DNA of 63,082 nucleotides, the filler included, from Octopus bimaculoides (lineage: Eukaryota): assembly GCF_001194135.2 (NCBI RefSeq). It is 3 parts of 3 records of this genome, joined end to end, with 100 filler letters (N's around TTAATTAATTAA, not from the genome) between each part and the next. Parts side by side here need not be neighbours in the genome. Positions count along the whole stretch, not along the records: positions 1 to 31,153 come from NC_068987.1; 2 more parts are not named here. One strand, 5' to 3'. A program made the position numbers and the translations under genes. Positions 11,156 through 24,838 of this stretch are shown here, one piece after another (position 1 is the stretch's first letter; the number at the start of each line of letters is the position of its first letter). The notes beneath the pieces were generated by a model. It did no database searches and was not told the origin of the DNA. It saw only the letters and a list, made by a program, of their open reading frames with translations.

Positions 11156-13759
11156 GTCTACGCCGAGAACTGAAATGTATATTTGCATACTTGTTCGTAA
11201 CACGGTCGCTGTGAATACTGGTTATCGAACTTACTGACGAGAGCCAGGTCGAAAGAGCGGTGCCTCAGAAGGTCGTGAACCCATGCACTGAGAGCGTTGA
11301 ACGAAGAATCATCGTTATAGAGAGGTTATTCTCCTTTGGCGTATCCAACAGCACCAATCATGATTTTCGTAGGAATCTGCTTCGACATGTTAAAAACATA
11401 TATGCAAATATTCTACTTACACAATAATCCCCCGACACACAGAAACACACACACACACACACATATATGTAGACATGTGTGTGTGTGTGTGTGTGTGTGA
11501 GTGTGTGTATGTTTGTGTATGCATGTATATAGAATGAGATACGCGTTTGGTGATTTTAATTTAATGCAGCTTCATTTGCGTATACCGAAAATGTCCGAAA
11601 GTGTGTGCGTGAAAGAGGGAGAAAGAGACAGAGAAAGAATGTGTGTGTGTGAGAGAGAGAGAGAGAGAGGAGTGAGAGAGATAAATCTTCACGCTTTTAT
11701 GCGTATGGGTGCGTGTGTAACACGTCAGCTAACAAAATAGATGGAGAGAAAGATGTGTAGATGCAGAGAAGCTCGCAGTTTCAGAAGTAAAGCAAGATCA
11801 GATTGGCGAACAAAAGATAGTTGCTTGTATCGACATCTGTAAAGAAAGAACAGATACAGAAAAGGGTTGACAAATACTCTTTGTGTTAGCTAATACGGAT
11901 GTGTTTATTTGTTTAAGCGATGCTTCTTTGTTTCTTAGACGTTTGAAGAGATATTCGTAGCCTCCTGTCAGTCAAGTTAACGTCGCTACAAGCATTTCGA
12001 GTTAAAATCTAACTGAAGTATTGGATTAACGATGAAAGCGTGAGTGCCAGAGCGGAATTAAAGAAATGGAAAGAAAGATTAGGGAAGATTACAAGGAATG
12101 AGAGAACAGAGAGTTTGATACTGTGTGGCTGAAGACGATGATCTGCCTCAACGGGAAATGACGGAGAGGTTGCTCGAAGTAGCAGAGAAATAAGAATGAA
12201 ATATAGCACAGACAAAAAAAAAAAATAATGAACCTTAGAGTCAGATGTAGATTAAAGCGTGGGAACAGAAAAGAACACAGTTTTGAGAAAAGCAGATGGA
12301 GGATTAAAACTGTAGTGAATTGTGTATCAATAAGATTGCGTTGTTCGTGCGTGTGCGTACGTGTGTATGTGTTTGTGTGTATGTCTGTGTGTATGTGCGC
12401 GCGTGTATAAATGTGTCGTTCATTGTATATAGTTAGCGAAACAACAGAATGCACGCAAAAAGAAGAGTGGTAGAAGGGAACAAGAATAGTAAGAAACGAT
12501 AGAAGATATAGGTAAGAAGGCGATTGAAAGATGAATAAGTGATCCAATATAAGAAATGGATATTCTGGAAGGTTTGCCAGTCGCCATATTGACATATAGT
12601 GTATTGCGAGGAAGTGGTTATACCAAGAATATAAATAAATGCAGGTAGGAAGATATGTGTGTGTGTAAGTTTCAGAATACATATGTGCGTACGTGTGCGT
12701 GTGTGTATGCATTCTAAGTACAGAGAGGAAAAGGGAGGGATAGAGAGACATTGTTAGTTCTAGAAAGTTATATATATATATATNNNNNNNNNNNNNNNNN
12801 NNNNNNNNNNNNNNNNNNNNNNNNNNNNNNNNNNNNNNNNNNNNNNNNNNNNNNNNNNNNNNNNNNNNNNNNNNNNNNNNNNNNNNNNNNNNNNNNNNNN
12901 NNNNNNNNNNNNNNNNNNNNNNNNNNNNNNNNNNNNNNNNNNNNNNNNNNNNNNNNNNNNNNNNNNNNNNNNNNNNNNNNNNNNNNNNNNNNNNNNNNNN
13001 NNNNNNNNNNNNNNNNNNNNNNNNNNNNNNNNNNNNNNNNNNNNNNNNNNNNNNNNNTATATATATATATATATATATATTTATTTCAATACAGCACAGA
13101 CACGCAGACACATACATATAAAGATAGATAAGCAAATAGATTTACAGAAACATTTGTGGATAAATTGATATATATATATATATGCATATCCACACACATG
13201 TATGTACACAGACACGCATCGACAGATTTGGAGAGTGTTAAGCATATAAAGAGAGTGGAGGGCAAGAGAGAAAGAAACACCGACCGTAAGAAAGTGGGGG
13301 AAAGAAAGCTGAAATGAAGAAAGATAAAGCAAAAATATAAGACGCGTAATGAAAGCGCATCCAATTACTGAAGTTATTGAACACTTAAGTAGATGTAATG
13401 TTTACATTTTGAGGTGAGGCAAGCAATTCGGTTGACTCGAATGTAATTAGATTTCGAGCGAGAAATTAAGAGTGCGTCAAGTCGGTGGATGCCTTTCAAA
13501 GATTCCACGTCTAAAAAGATCAATCAATATCGACTTGCAAGGAATTAGCACTAAACATACACGTAGGAGTCATTGAACTTCTTTTGACCAGCTCTTCATT
13601 ACGGCTTGCAAAGCAATTTAGTCCCTTGTCACAATTGGGCGAAAACAACTGTCAAACTCGCGTCACCGAAAGAGAGGATTTACTTTGGAATAGCGCGTCT
13701 AAGCGCGTGCTTGTATTCACACATACATATACATGTATATGAACACACACACGCATACA

Positions 13760-13796
<37 letters not shown>

Positions 13797-14761
13797 CAGT
13801 GCCTCATGCATTCGCACGAACTGTCAGAAAATCATTTGCCCTCACTCTTACCCTCTCTCCCTCACACAAACGCACACGCACTTACACATTCATTAATGAC
13901 AAAGAATGTATAGGCGTTTATATATTAAGGGACAAATGTCCAAGCATCTGAGCTGTGATATTGTGCAGAAATATATGCGCACCAGCGATGCAAATTCGTG
14001 TTATATTTATATCAAACTACAGTTATAATCGTAGATTTATGCATAGACGAATCATATATATCCATTTCGAGTTAGATTGGTGATCAGCAAATGTAGATTT
14101 TAAAACATCTACAGCCAACTTTACATACACATTGCGTTTACATGTACACATTAGCTAATAGATCTTTAATTGCTCAAGAATACATTTCTAAAATGGCCTA
14201 CACAAATGTAAAGAAATACATCGACATTCTACAAGCTATATCTAAGCGAAATATATATCAAATTGTTAATGTGATATCCAGCACTATGGTCATAGATTGT
14301 ACGAAAAGTCAGAAAATATGACTTACTGCTTTGACGTTGCCGTACACGTGAAACAATCTGTAATGCTCATAATCAAATTAGATTCTCTAACTATTAAAAT
14401 TTCTGTAAGTATCAACATTTCGAAACGTAGAATAGCGGGCGAAATAAATATGTCTATAAAAAAATGTAATTCGATAGTTTCTGATTCAGATATAAGGTAA
14501 ACTTTCAAATTCACTAAAAAAATGGTTTAAGAGCATAGCAATTATATCTATACTACCGGTGTGTAGAAGATTAAATTCTAAGTTATGGAAGACGAGACGT
14601 AGAAACTGAAGAAATACGTGTGAATTTGTGTCCGTAATCCACAGCGACACATCCACACACACACATACACACACACACACACACATACACACACACGCGC
14701 ACAAGATATATACCCACATATTCATATATGGATGTATTTACAGGTTTATATATATGCATAT

Positions 14762-14893
14762 ACTGAAGAAAGAAAGCCACGAATGACAGGTTTTTTTTTT
14801 GCCTGTCCTTCTAATTGTACTTTCTCTTGTCCGCCATTGTATCGTCTGTTTGTCCGAATGTTTTTTATGTCCTGTATCACGTTAATGTTCCAT

Positions 14894-14931
<38 letters not shown>

Positions 14932-15700
14932 NNNNNNNNNNNNNNNNNNNNNNNNNNNNNNNNNNNNNNNNNNNNNNNNNNNNNNNNNNNNNNNNNNNNN
15001 NNNGTAGGTATGTATCTAAATTGCGTACGACTCTTATTCTATCTTTTATTCCCCCTCTCATTTTTCTTCCTTTATTTCGCTCCCCCTCGCTCACATTTCT
15101 TGGCCCTCTCTTACTTTAACTCACACTATTTCCCACTCGTTTATCTCCCTTGTACCTTTGTCTCTGCTATTTTTTCTAACCCTTCAATCTCTCTGCCTCT
15201 TACCCATCTCTCCTCCTTCCACGTGACCGGTGTCCGGCCAGCCATGGTCATTCTTCCTTTGTCTAACTGCCGACCGTCAACACACCCTGTGTTCGTCTCC
15301 TATTTGCCTACCTTAGGCTTTCACTTCATACACGCCAGCTCAATTTCAATCGTTCTCAGTCGAAACACACCTGTTGTTATTTCTTGTTTGTATTCGTAAA
15401 TTTGTACCATTTTCTCCGTTATATTTTATCTTTGTTGTCGTACACATTTGCTAGATTTCTTGCAAAGGAGTCTAATGCTCTTAACTTAGACTGTTTTGGG
15501 GGCAACCACATCGAACCATCTCAAGCGTAACTGCCCGAAATAGTCGTGACTTCTGGGACTTGACTGAGGAAAGAAAGCTACAAATGACCAATCTTTTTTT
15601 GCCCGTCCTTCGAATTGTTGTTTCTCTTGTCCGCCTTTGTATACCCTATCACGTTATTGGTCCATGTTTTCTTTGTATCGTCTATCTAGATATTTTGTCC
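14762..15700 (+). mobile_element. Non-coding element bounded by diverged direct repeats (about 14762-14897 and 15563-15670)
   Basis: Both repeats read CTGA(A/G)GAAAGAAAGC(C/T)AC..AATGAC...TTTTGCC(T/C)GTCCTTC.AATTGT..TTTCTCTTGTCCGCC.TTGTAT...CCT.TATCACGTTA.TG.TCCATGTT; interior pyrimidine-rich, with a gap. Confidence 0.6.
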
Positions 15701-15756
15701 CTTTCTTGTATCACCTAACTGTCTGGATGCTTTGTGTTCTTGTTCCATTCTGTATT

Positions 15757-15800
<44 letters not shown>

Positions 15801-16974
15801 ACAAACACCTTGCCTTACATAATTATGCATACATACGCACAGATACGTGCACATAAGTGCACACATTCGGATACACACTCACGCACACATACACATATAT
15901 GTGTGTGTCTGTGTGTGCGTGTATGTATGCACCCCTGTATATACCCTTCCAAAATTAGCCATCTTATGACGGGTAACTTTCAAAGTATGGTTCTAATTTT
16001 ACCACCATTAGTGATATCAAGTTATTTCGAATACATGACAATAATGTCCATTTATCTGTGTTAAATTTCTCGCTTTTTATGTAACGCGATTAAGTGATAC
16101 TATTTTTCAAGAACGTAAATAAATATTAACTTCTACATTATATAAATTAAATTTCTACTTCTATACTGTGAATAACCACTGGAATAAATTATACGTTGCT
16201 ATTTTTTATAAATTTTATCAATATAATCGTATAATTCACTTAAAAACTATGCATTTTTCAGAAAACATTTTGAAACTAATGAAAATATCACTTGAATGTT
16301 TAGAAAATAGAAATTTGAAATTGTTGCCAATTTCGAATCGACTGTACATTTGAATTTTAGCAGAAGTGTATTATTTTTGCAGGTTGTTACCTCATAAGTT
16401 AAATACAGTACACTGTGAGGTATATCTCCTTCTGCTCGTAAACCTCGTGTCAGCTTCACTGTTTGACAAATCGTTTATCTCTGACATTGTGCATGGTTAG
16501 CTCTCCTCTACTTATTGCCTGTCACCTGACCTAATCTACGCAGGAACCCTGAACCACGCATGCTACCTCTTGTTTTTTTCTGATGTACTGTCTTCGAGTC
16601 CTCCTTTACGCATGACTGAGAAAATGACTTGCTAAATACTAAACGGACTATTATACATATACATAGATGTTTGCATTGATATATGAATCTATAAGAATGT
16701 ACGTATATATATGTGTGTGTGTGTGTGTGTAGATATACACACAAAACGCACACACATATACGCAAATATATATAGTTACGTGCATACATGTTTACTCATA
16801 TATATGCATCCATGTGTTACTTAATAGGTGTTTGTACATATGCGTTATAAACACATGTACACATACGTACACATATATGTGTGTCTATATGAATGTATAT
16901 ATGTGAATGAATGTGGGTAGGAGTCTCTGTATATTTGTATGGTTACATGAAAAGTATGTGCGTGAAAATGCAAC

Positions 16975-17028
<54 letters not shown>

Positions 17029-18172
17029 TAATGTATTCACACACACACATAAACATACACAAACACGCATACACATCGCGCGCGCATACACCCATACATA
17101 TGGCACGCGCATACACACACACACACACACACACACCTCAGCAAAATCACCTATACATACATAAACACATATGGTCGCGGAATTGTGATAACTATGTCAA
17201 AATTAGTTTCAGGTTCGTTTAATCTTACTTTAGTCTCTCTTCTCCATAACCATTTAGAAATTCCTTTTCATTCACAACCGATAGCGAGACACTATGTAAG
17301 ACTGAAAATAGCAGAGTTGCTGTAACATCGTAAAACGCCATTTTAGCTTTGGCATCAACGTAGCTCCTTTCTAATTAGTTAAAACAGCAACACATTACAA
17401 GAATAAATAGCTGTTACGGCAAAAAGGAGGAAAGAATATTTAGATAAAATTGTTTAGCTTGGTATTTCGAAATATTCCCCGAAGTACAACAAAATTAGAA
17501 AACAGAACTACTTATCGGAAGAACTATAAAACAGCGTATTGTGGGTGAATTTTTTTAGGTTATAGATAACATTTTATGAAATCAGCAAGCGTTGCTGTCT
17601 GGTTATATATTTATTAAACCTGGCGTTTAGAGAAATGATGGTAATTTGCTTTTTGCGTTGTGTGTTCAACCACAATGCATTAGTACAAATACAGGAACTG
17701 ACATATGTGCATTTGTGTCATATATACAAGGATAGACGTATATGACTGTGCAGATGTTTATCTTGCATATTGTATATCAGGTTACAAAGGTGTTCATTGG
17801 GGTTTGTTCATTCTATGTCTGTGATCAAATGCAAAGATACTGAAAGTATATCTTTACCGAATACTCCTACATAACGTGCTGATACACACGCGCGCATAAC
17901 AACATGCACGCACGCACGCACATATACATAGACTCACGTCTCACACGCCTTGTGTATTTCATATGCAACATGAAAACGATGCTATACACTCGATTAGAAA
18001 TAATACAAGCGATCAAAAGGAGTGGAATATGCAGTCTTTAACACATGTTTTACTGAATGATGCCAAAGTGTGGAATGCAGTCGAGGCTAAGGAACGCTAT
18101 AAAATCATACATACATATATACATGCATGCATACGTACATACATACATACACACATACATACATACATACAC

Positions 18173-18242
<70 letters not shown>

Positions 18243-18280
18243 GTGTATAGATAGATAGATAGATTCTATTCTGTTATTGT

Positions 18281-18330
18281 TTTCAACTAGCGACTGGGTT
18301 CAAGCCGGAGCACCGCCTTTCAGTGTTTTG
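18281..18330 (-). mobile_element. SINE family A 3' fragment
   Basis: GCCGGAGCACCGCCTTT shared with 6611-6660. Confidence 0.6.
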
Positions 18331-19364
18331 TGTTCCTCCTTCGGTACTGTTTTTTGGTGATGTAGCGAGTTGGATGAAGCTGCTCTTCTTCGGGCCTCCG
18401 GCCGTTTCCATATCAACACCTTGAAGACCGCTTAGGGTCTTGAAAGGATNNNNNNNNNNNNNNNNNNNNNNNNNNNNNNNNNNNNNNNNNNNNNNNNNNN
18501 NNNNNNNNNNNNNNNNNNNNNNNNNNNNNNNNNNNNNNNNNNNNNNNNNNNNNNNNNNNNNNNNNNNNNNNNNNNNNNNNNNNNNNNNNNNNNNNNNNNN
18601 NNNNNNNNNNNNNNNNNNNNNNNNNNNNNNNNNNNNNNNNNNNNNNNNNNNNNNNNNNNNNNNNNNNNNNNNNNNNNNNNNNNNNNNNNNNNNNNNNNNN
18701 NNNNNNNNNNNNNNNNNNNNNNNNNNNNNNNNNNNNNNNNNNNNNNNNNNNNNNNNNNNNNNNNNNNNNNNNNNNNNNNNNNNNNNNNNNNNNNNNNNNN
18801 NNNNNNNNNNNNNNNNNNNNNNNNNNNNNNNNNNNNNNNNNNNNNNNNNNNNNNNNNNNNNNNNNNNNNNNNNNNNNNNNNNNNNNNNNNNNNNNNNNNN
18901 NNNNNNNNNNNNNNNNNNNNNNNNNNNNNNNNNNNNNNNNNNNNNNNNNNNNNNNNNNNNNNNNNNNNNNNNNNNNNNNNNNNNNNNNNNNNNNNNNNNN
19001 NNNNNNNNNNNNNNNNNNNNNNNNNNNNNNNNNNNNNNNNNNNNNNNNNNNNNNNNNNNNNNNNNNNNNNNNNNNNNNNNNNNNNNNNNNNNNNNNNNNN
19101 NNNNNNNNNNNNNNNNNNNNNNNNNNNNNNNNNNNNNNNNNNNNNNNNNNNNNNNNNNNNNNNNNNNNNNNNNNNNNNNNNNNNNNNNNNNNNNNNNNNN
19201 NNNNNNNNNNNNNNNNNNNNNNNNNNNNNNNNNNNNNNNNNNNNNNNNNNNNNNNNNNNNNNNNNNNNNNNNNNNNNNNNNNNNNNNNNNNNNNNNNNNN
19301 NNNNNNNNNNNNNATATATATATATATATATATATATAATTATATGTATATGTATACATTATTG

Positions 19365-19902
19365 TTATTATTTAAAGATCACAATACATGTATTTAACAG
19401 CTATTAATACATTCGTATATTGAGAGAACTCAGATATATTCTTCAGGCGCAAACCACATATCATAACGAACGAAAAACTTTAATAGATAGGAGAAACGCG
19501 ATGAAGCAGAGGCGACAGCGTATAGAAACGACAGACAGTAAACAACGGAAAACGAAAAGTGGGAAACGGAAAACGAAAGCGTCAAAAGGTAAAAAGTGCT
19601 ACCCTCCGTAGGCCTTAAGTGATAAGGCTGGGAAGATATGCAGTCAGTCAGGGATAGGCCTAAGGAGGATAGCGCTTTTAGCTTTTGACACTTTCGTTTC
19701 GTTTTCCATTTTTCGTTTTCCGTTGTTTGCTGTCTGCATTTTCTATACGCTGCCTTCTCAGTTTCATCGCGTTTCTTTTATTTATTCAAATTTTTAGTTT
19801 GTTATGATATGTGGTTTGCGCCTGAAGAATATGTTTCATTTCTCTCAACATATGAAACCATTAGTAACGATTTAATATATGATCTCTGACCTTTAAATAA
19901 TA
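19365..19902. repeat. Long imperfect inverted repeat (about 250-bp arms, about 38-nt spacer)
   Basis: Left arm about 19365-19616, right arm about 19655-19902; e.g. TATTCTTCAGGCGCAAACCACATATCATAAC vs GTTATGATATGTGGTTTGCGCCTGAAGAATA; arms roughly 80% alike by eye. Confidence 0.95.
19811..19870 (+). ncRNA. Hammerhead-ribozyme-like core in right arm of the inverted repeat
   Basis: CUGAAGA (19822-19828), perfect 7-bp stem II AUAUGUU/AACAUAU, GAAAC (19854-19858), GUA at 19864-19866; stem I poorly formed. Confidence 0.4.
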
Positions 19903-20039
19903 ATAGTTATCTCTCATCAGATGGAGTACTTTTCTATTACCGATCAGTAATATATATATATATATAGAGAGAGAGAGTTATTAATATTTCTAAGTCTCTC
20001 TAAAGGAGACTACGACAGCGGTACTGGAAATTAATAGTT

Positions 20040-20360
20040 ATCGCCAAGCCAACATGGCAGTCCCAAAATTAGGACGAAAGCTGCCGTGAATTAGCTCCAA
20101 GAAGCCATCGCCTCTAGCTAGCTATGTGACACACGAAACCTGTGTCCTTTATAACCTTCGAACAGGGGAGGTCAGCAGTGTCCCCCTGCTGGTTTGGCAT
20201 CTGCAGACTAGTTTCAGGATGTTGCCCCTTGTCAATGCAGAGCAGCCAAGCCCTAGCCAGGCGGCGCTGCTGACTATCTGTTCGAAAGTTATTTATCTAA
20301 TTTCAGTGGTATCTTTATCGACCTCCGGTAAAGATGCAAGGCAAATTGTGAGTGCAAGAA
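20040..20360. repeat. GC-rich dispersed repeat-like segment, family undetermined
   Basis: Composition break with a nested hairpin (CATGGCAG/CTGCCGTG around GTCC/GGAC); ends in a SINE-B-like piece (TTTATCGACCTCCG). Confidence 0.35.
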
Positions 20361-21181
20361 GAAATGACTAGGACTTGAATATGTAAAGGAATGCAAAAGG
20401 ATTCTCTAGTACCTACCATATCTTGATAGTAGACTGTAATCACATGAATAACTAGGAGAATCTCTTAAATGTAAGGCATATTTGTGGGGAATTTTAATAT
20501 GAGTTGAAAGTTAAACCAATTTAACATGGTATTTCCTTTATCAATAGCGTAAGTACGAAAGGCTTTTGACTCGTATAGTGGACTTGACTCAAAAAATATG
20601 ATTAAAATCTAATGAAATATGTCAGTGAAATAGTATTTTCATCCTTTGTGAATTTGTCGGTCCAAAATAGTCCGAGTGGCTCTTTATGTGGACACTCTCT
20701 TTACCATAGGAAACACGGATAACCAGAAAAGGAGAGGAGAGACAGAACGAGAGAAAGAGGGAAAGAGTACTCGAAAAAAAGTTTTAACTACTGATGCCGA
20801 ATAGATGTAAGACGTACTAACCCCAGGGATTTGTACTGAAAAGGCCGAAAATGGCAACAAAAACTCTAGGCATTTTATCCGATGATGTAACACCTCCTCT
20901 AATTCCCTGCGTTGATGAAATACTAAACAACAGTACTTATGTATAAATAATTGTTTACTTTGTTTGCTTCGATTTTGTTTTGCTTTGCTGTACACGTGTC
21001 TCTTTTATAAATCTTATAATGTTTTGGAAGGAATACTTGAAGAGAATATGAAAATCACTTAATATAGCGAAACAACAAATCCTTTGCATTATAAAAAAAA
21101 AATTGCATGTCTGCCAATCAATCAGTATTTTACTGAGCTAAAGAAGCGAAACTAATCTTAGTCAGCATAAAAATATGAGAG

Positions 21182-21276
<95 letters not shown>
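21182..21276. repeat. (GA)n microsatellite
   Basis: Perfect GA array. Confidence 0.98.
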
Positions 21277-21279
<3 letters not shown>

Positions 21280-22491
21280 AGACAAAAAAATAAAAATTTC
21301 GAGCTGTGGTAATAATATTTGTCGTTGGTTGGATTTCTTCAAGTAAATTCACATCTCATCAAGCGACAACAAAGGCACACGTGCGAAAAGCTAAACCTAA
21401 ACGAAGCCAACAATTTGATGATTCCACTATAGTAATGATAGCAATTCCATTTGCAGTAATTGCGGTTGTAAGGACAGTTGTGGGATTGTGTTGGTAGTGG
21501 TTGGGCGTCGCTGGGGTAGACCAGGATGGAGTTTTTATTCGATAGTAGTCATAATTATTTATTATTTTAAATTATATCCACCTCAGTATATCACTGGTTC
21601 TTCAATTTATCGATCTCGAATGCACGAAAGGCAAATTCTGTCTCAGTGGCGTTTGAACGTAAGGCTGGAAGAAATGCCGCTAAACATTTTGTATGGTATC
21701 CAAACAATCCTACCAATACACCGCTTCATCAGTGATAAAGACTGTATATGTGTAACGGCTGTGTATCTAGAGATGATGCTAAAACATGTGACTGTAATAT
21801 ATAAGCTGTCTTGTTCTTGTTAATACTTTGGATTGAGTGGGCATAGCGTTCAAGATGCAGTCATTCTAATTTATTAAGGACCATTTCGAAGTGTTTTACT
21901 AAATACGAACTTTTCTCATAGAAAAGAATAGTGTGTTATTTGAAAACAATTTGACAGTCAGTTCTTTCAGGTAGGTGGTGTGAACGTGGTTGTCAAGGTG
22001 GTGCTGTTAGAAGAAGCCGTGGTTAACTTTCATATCAATTCTGATGAAGCAAAATCTATGACCATCTCATCGTAATATTTATCATAGAATTCTAAATCTA
22101 TTCTCCTTCAAAAACAATGAATCGAGATTTAACTATGACTTCTAGCAAGTAATTCAATCATAAAAATACTCGGGCTGATAAAGGGGTGATATTGACTAGT
22201 TGCTCAAGGTGATATGTCTTGTAGTGGCAGGGTCGTGGTGTTGATAAACGCTTTATTAATATAAACACAGCTAGGTGTAATTGATTCAGTGGGTATGGTG
22301 ACAATAGTGATATTCGCTGTGTTAGTAGAAGCAACGGTGTTCATATAGATGAGTATCTGGTATGTTATGTGATTAATACATAATCAATAGTGCTAGGAGA
22401 TTTGTAGAAGAATCAAGTTTATCATATATCTATATAAAATATATAAATTCATATATTTTTGTATGCGTGCATGTGTGTATGCACGCGGGCA

Positions 22492-22528
<37 letters not shown>

Positions 22529-22689
22529 AAAAATTCTGAAATTTGCATATTTCTTAAGATATATAGTTTCCATTAGGGCAATAATTAGCATTGATAATTA
22601 ACTAAAATTCATTCTTCAAAAATTATTACAAACAGGAAACATAAAAGTTCTTAAAGGAAAACGTATGAATACACAAGATAAAGATTATT

Positions 22690-23030
22690 TATGTAAAAAT
22701 GGGTCAAGACCTCCTTCAATCGTGAATGACTACGGGATTGAACCTAGAAAGCTCCCCTCTGAGGCACAAATCCAGGAAAGGTTGTTTATGGAAGACCAGC
22801 AGTCGCCCATGCATGCCAGCCTCCCCTCTCCACCACACCGATGTTATTCAATATAAAAGCAAAGGGGCCGACACAGCTTGGTACCAGTGACGTCGCAACT
22901 CATTCCTACAGCTGAGTGAACTGGAGCAACTTGAAATAAAGTGTCTTGCACAAGACCACATCACACAGCCCGGTTCAGTAATCGAACTCACTATCAAACA
23001 CTATAACTTGTGAGCCACGAGATTTTACCA
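22690..23030 (-). mobile_element. tRNA-derived SINE, third family (C here)
   Basis: Minus-strand B-box GTGAGTTCGATT followed by CCGGGCTGTGTG..., body CTACAGCTGAGTGAACTGGAGCAAC.TGAAATAAAGTGTCTTGC; recognised from memory as an abundant octopus repeat. Confidence 0.7.
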
Positions 23031-23044
23031 GCTATGTAATTGGT

Positions 23045-23075
<31 letters not shown>

Positions 23076-23248
23076 AATTAAGGTGCAATAATTCAATGTG
23101 TCGATCCACATATACATATACTGGGTATTCCATCAACGGCGACAAGAGCTTCTATTTCTAGCAGTTGCGTGGTGAGGCGTAAAGCCAAACTCTTGTTATA
23201 ATTATAAATAGACAATTATGAAATATTTTGTATATATANNNNNNNNNN

Positions 23249-23293
<45 letters not shown>

Positions 23294-24800
23294 CGCACAC
23301 ATACACACACATTCGTGCAGATATGTATATATGATATATAATAAATATTATCTCATATATTTTAATAAAAAGGTTATTAACTTTTTAATTAATTTGTAAA
23401 ATTCGAATCATATTTGTTAAATTTCAGCGAACCATCTTGCTTTACATGTCTATGTGGTCTTCTCATTTTCAGACATTTAGTTTCACTTATATTTCCTCTC
23501 ATAAGGATCAAAAGAGTGAAATATACATCAGACATCTATGGCAAACTTAAAAATATATATTTTTAAGAAGCAAGCTCGGTATACAAGTTTGTTTTGCATC
23601 TATTTATTTAAATTAGAAATATATTTTGGCTAAACTATTACGCTACAGGTTTTATGGAATACTCACACATGCACTATATTTTTTCAAAAATATTTATATA
23701 ACAGATGTCTGTTGAAACCAATTGGCGAATCTTTGAAAATATTGTCACATTTTTAATACACATATACTTACATACGCTACGCACATACCTACGTACGTAC
23801 CTACCTACCTTCCTGCTGCATACGTGCATACGTATATACATATGTGTGTGTACGCGCGTGTGTATGCATAATGTATATTTAATTTTTATATGTTATCTGT
23901 TTCTCTCTTTTTTTCTCTTCGTGGAAAATGTTAATGGACAAATTTTGCATATCACTTTTATTTGTTCCTGAATTTGTATCTCAAATATATTTTCTCTCAT
24001 TTCTGTAACTGTTTCTGCTTTTTCTATTTCCTTGATGCTAAACGCACTCATTTATATATTGTATTTTGCATGACTCTATCCATTCCTCTATTCAAAATCT
24101 ACCAATTATCTTCATAGTGAATTTCTGATGCAATCTTATATTTTCATCTCGCCTATTTAAAGGTTTCCACTTTCACTCCCCCCCCCACCCGCTCCGTCTC
24201 TTTCTTTCTCTTTCTCTCTCTTCTTTTTAAAAACAGTTTACCTATTTGGTTTTTGATGTGTATGTGTCTGTAAGTACGTGTATATATGTGTATATATGTC
24301 ACTGGGTGTATGTATGTATGTATGTATGCTAATATAAAGCATGAAAAAACAGACAGGCATTTTCATCTGCGTTTTAATGTCTCCCCGTTTCATTTCTCTT
24401 TCTTTCTCCTTTTGCCAGTTTATTTACATATATGTTTGAAGTATATATATCTGCCTGTCTCTCTCTGTAATACCCCCCCACACACATATATATATATATA
24501 TATATATCATATGTGCGTCTGAGGGTATGTATGTACGTAAGCATGTGTATCCATATCTGCATACGCATACATCACATTCCATCATATCCTCACAGGAAAC
24601 ATACATACATGTATACATACATACATATATACACACACATACATACATATATATATACATTTATATATAATATACATTATATACATGGGTGGGTGGCTGG
24701 GTGTTATATATATACATGTACATATACAGCACATATATATGAACATGCATGTGTTGTATGTGTATCTTTGTGTGTTAATGTGCATATATGTACGTATGTA

Positions 24801-24838
<38 letters not shown>

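Noticed and set aside
12009-12215. Signal-peptide-like ORF MSVLYFILISLLLRA...
   Set aside because: Start is TTG, not ATG; hydrophobicity comes from a pyrimidine-rich strand.
16526-16615. Minus phase 0-0 exon candidate SCVKEDSKTVHQKKTRGSMRGSGFLRRLGQ
   Set aside because: Phase incompatible with the flanking phase-1 exons and only a moderate donor.
17938-17990. Strong GTGAGT donor at 17937
   Set aside because: The only in-frame acceptor is a rare GAG; the surrounding frames have stops.
21300-22340. Three Thr-rich, mucin-like tracts on the minus strand
   Set aside because: Interrupted by stops and lacking splice sites; likely decayed ACC/ACT triplet repeats.
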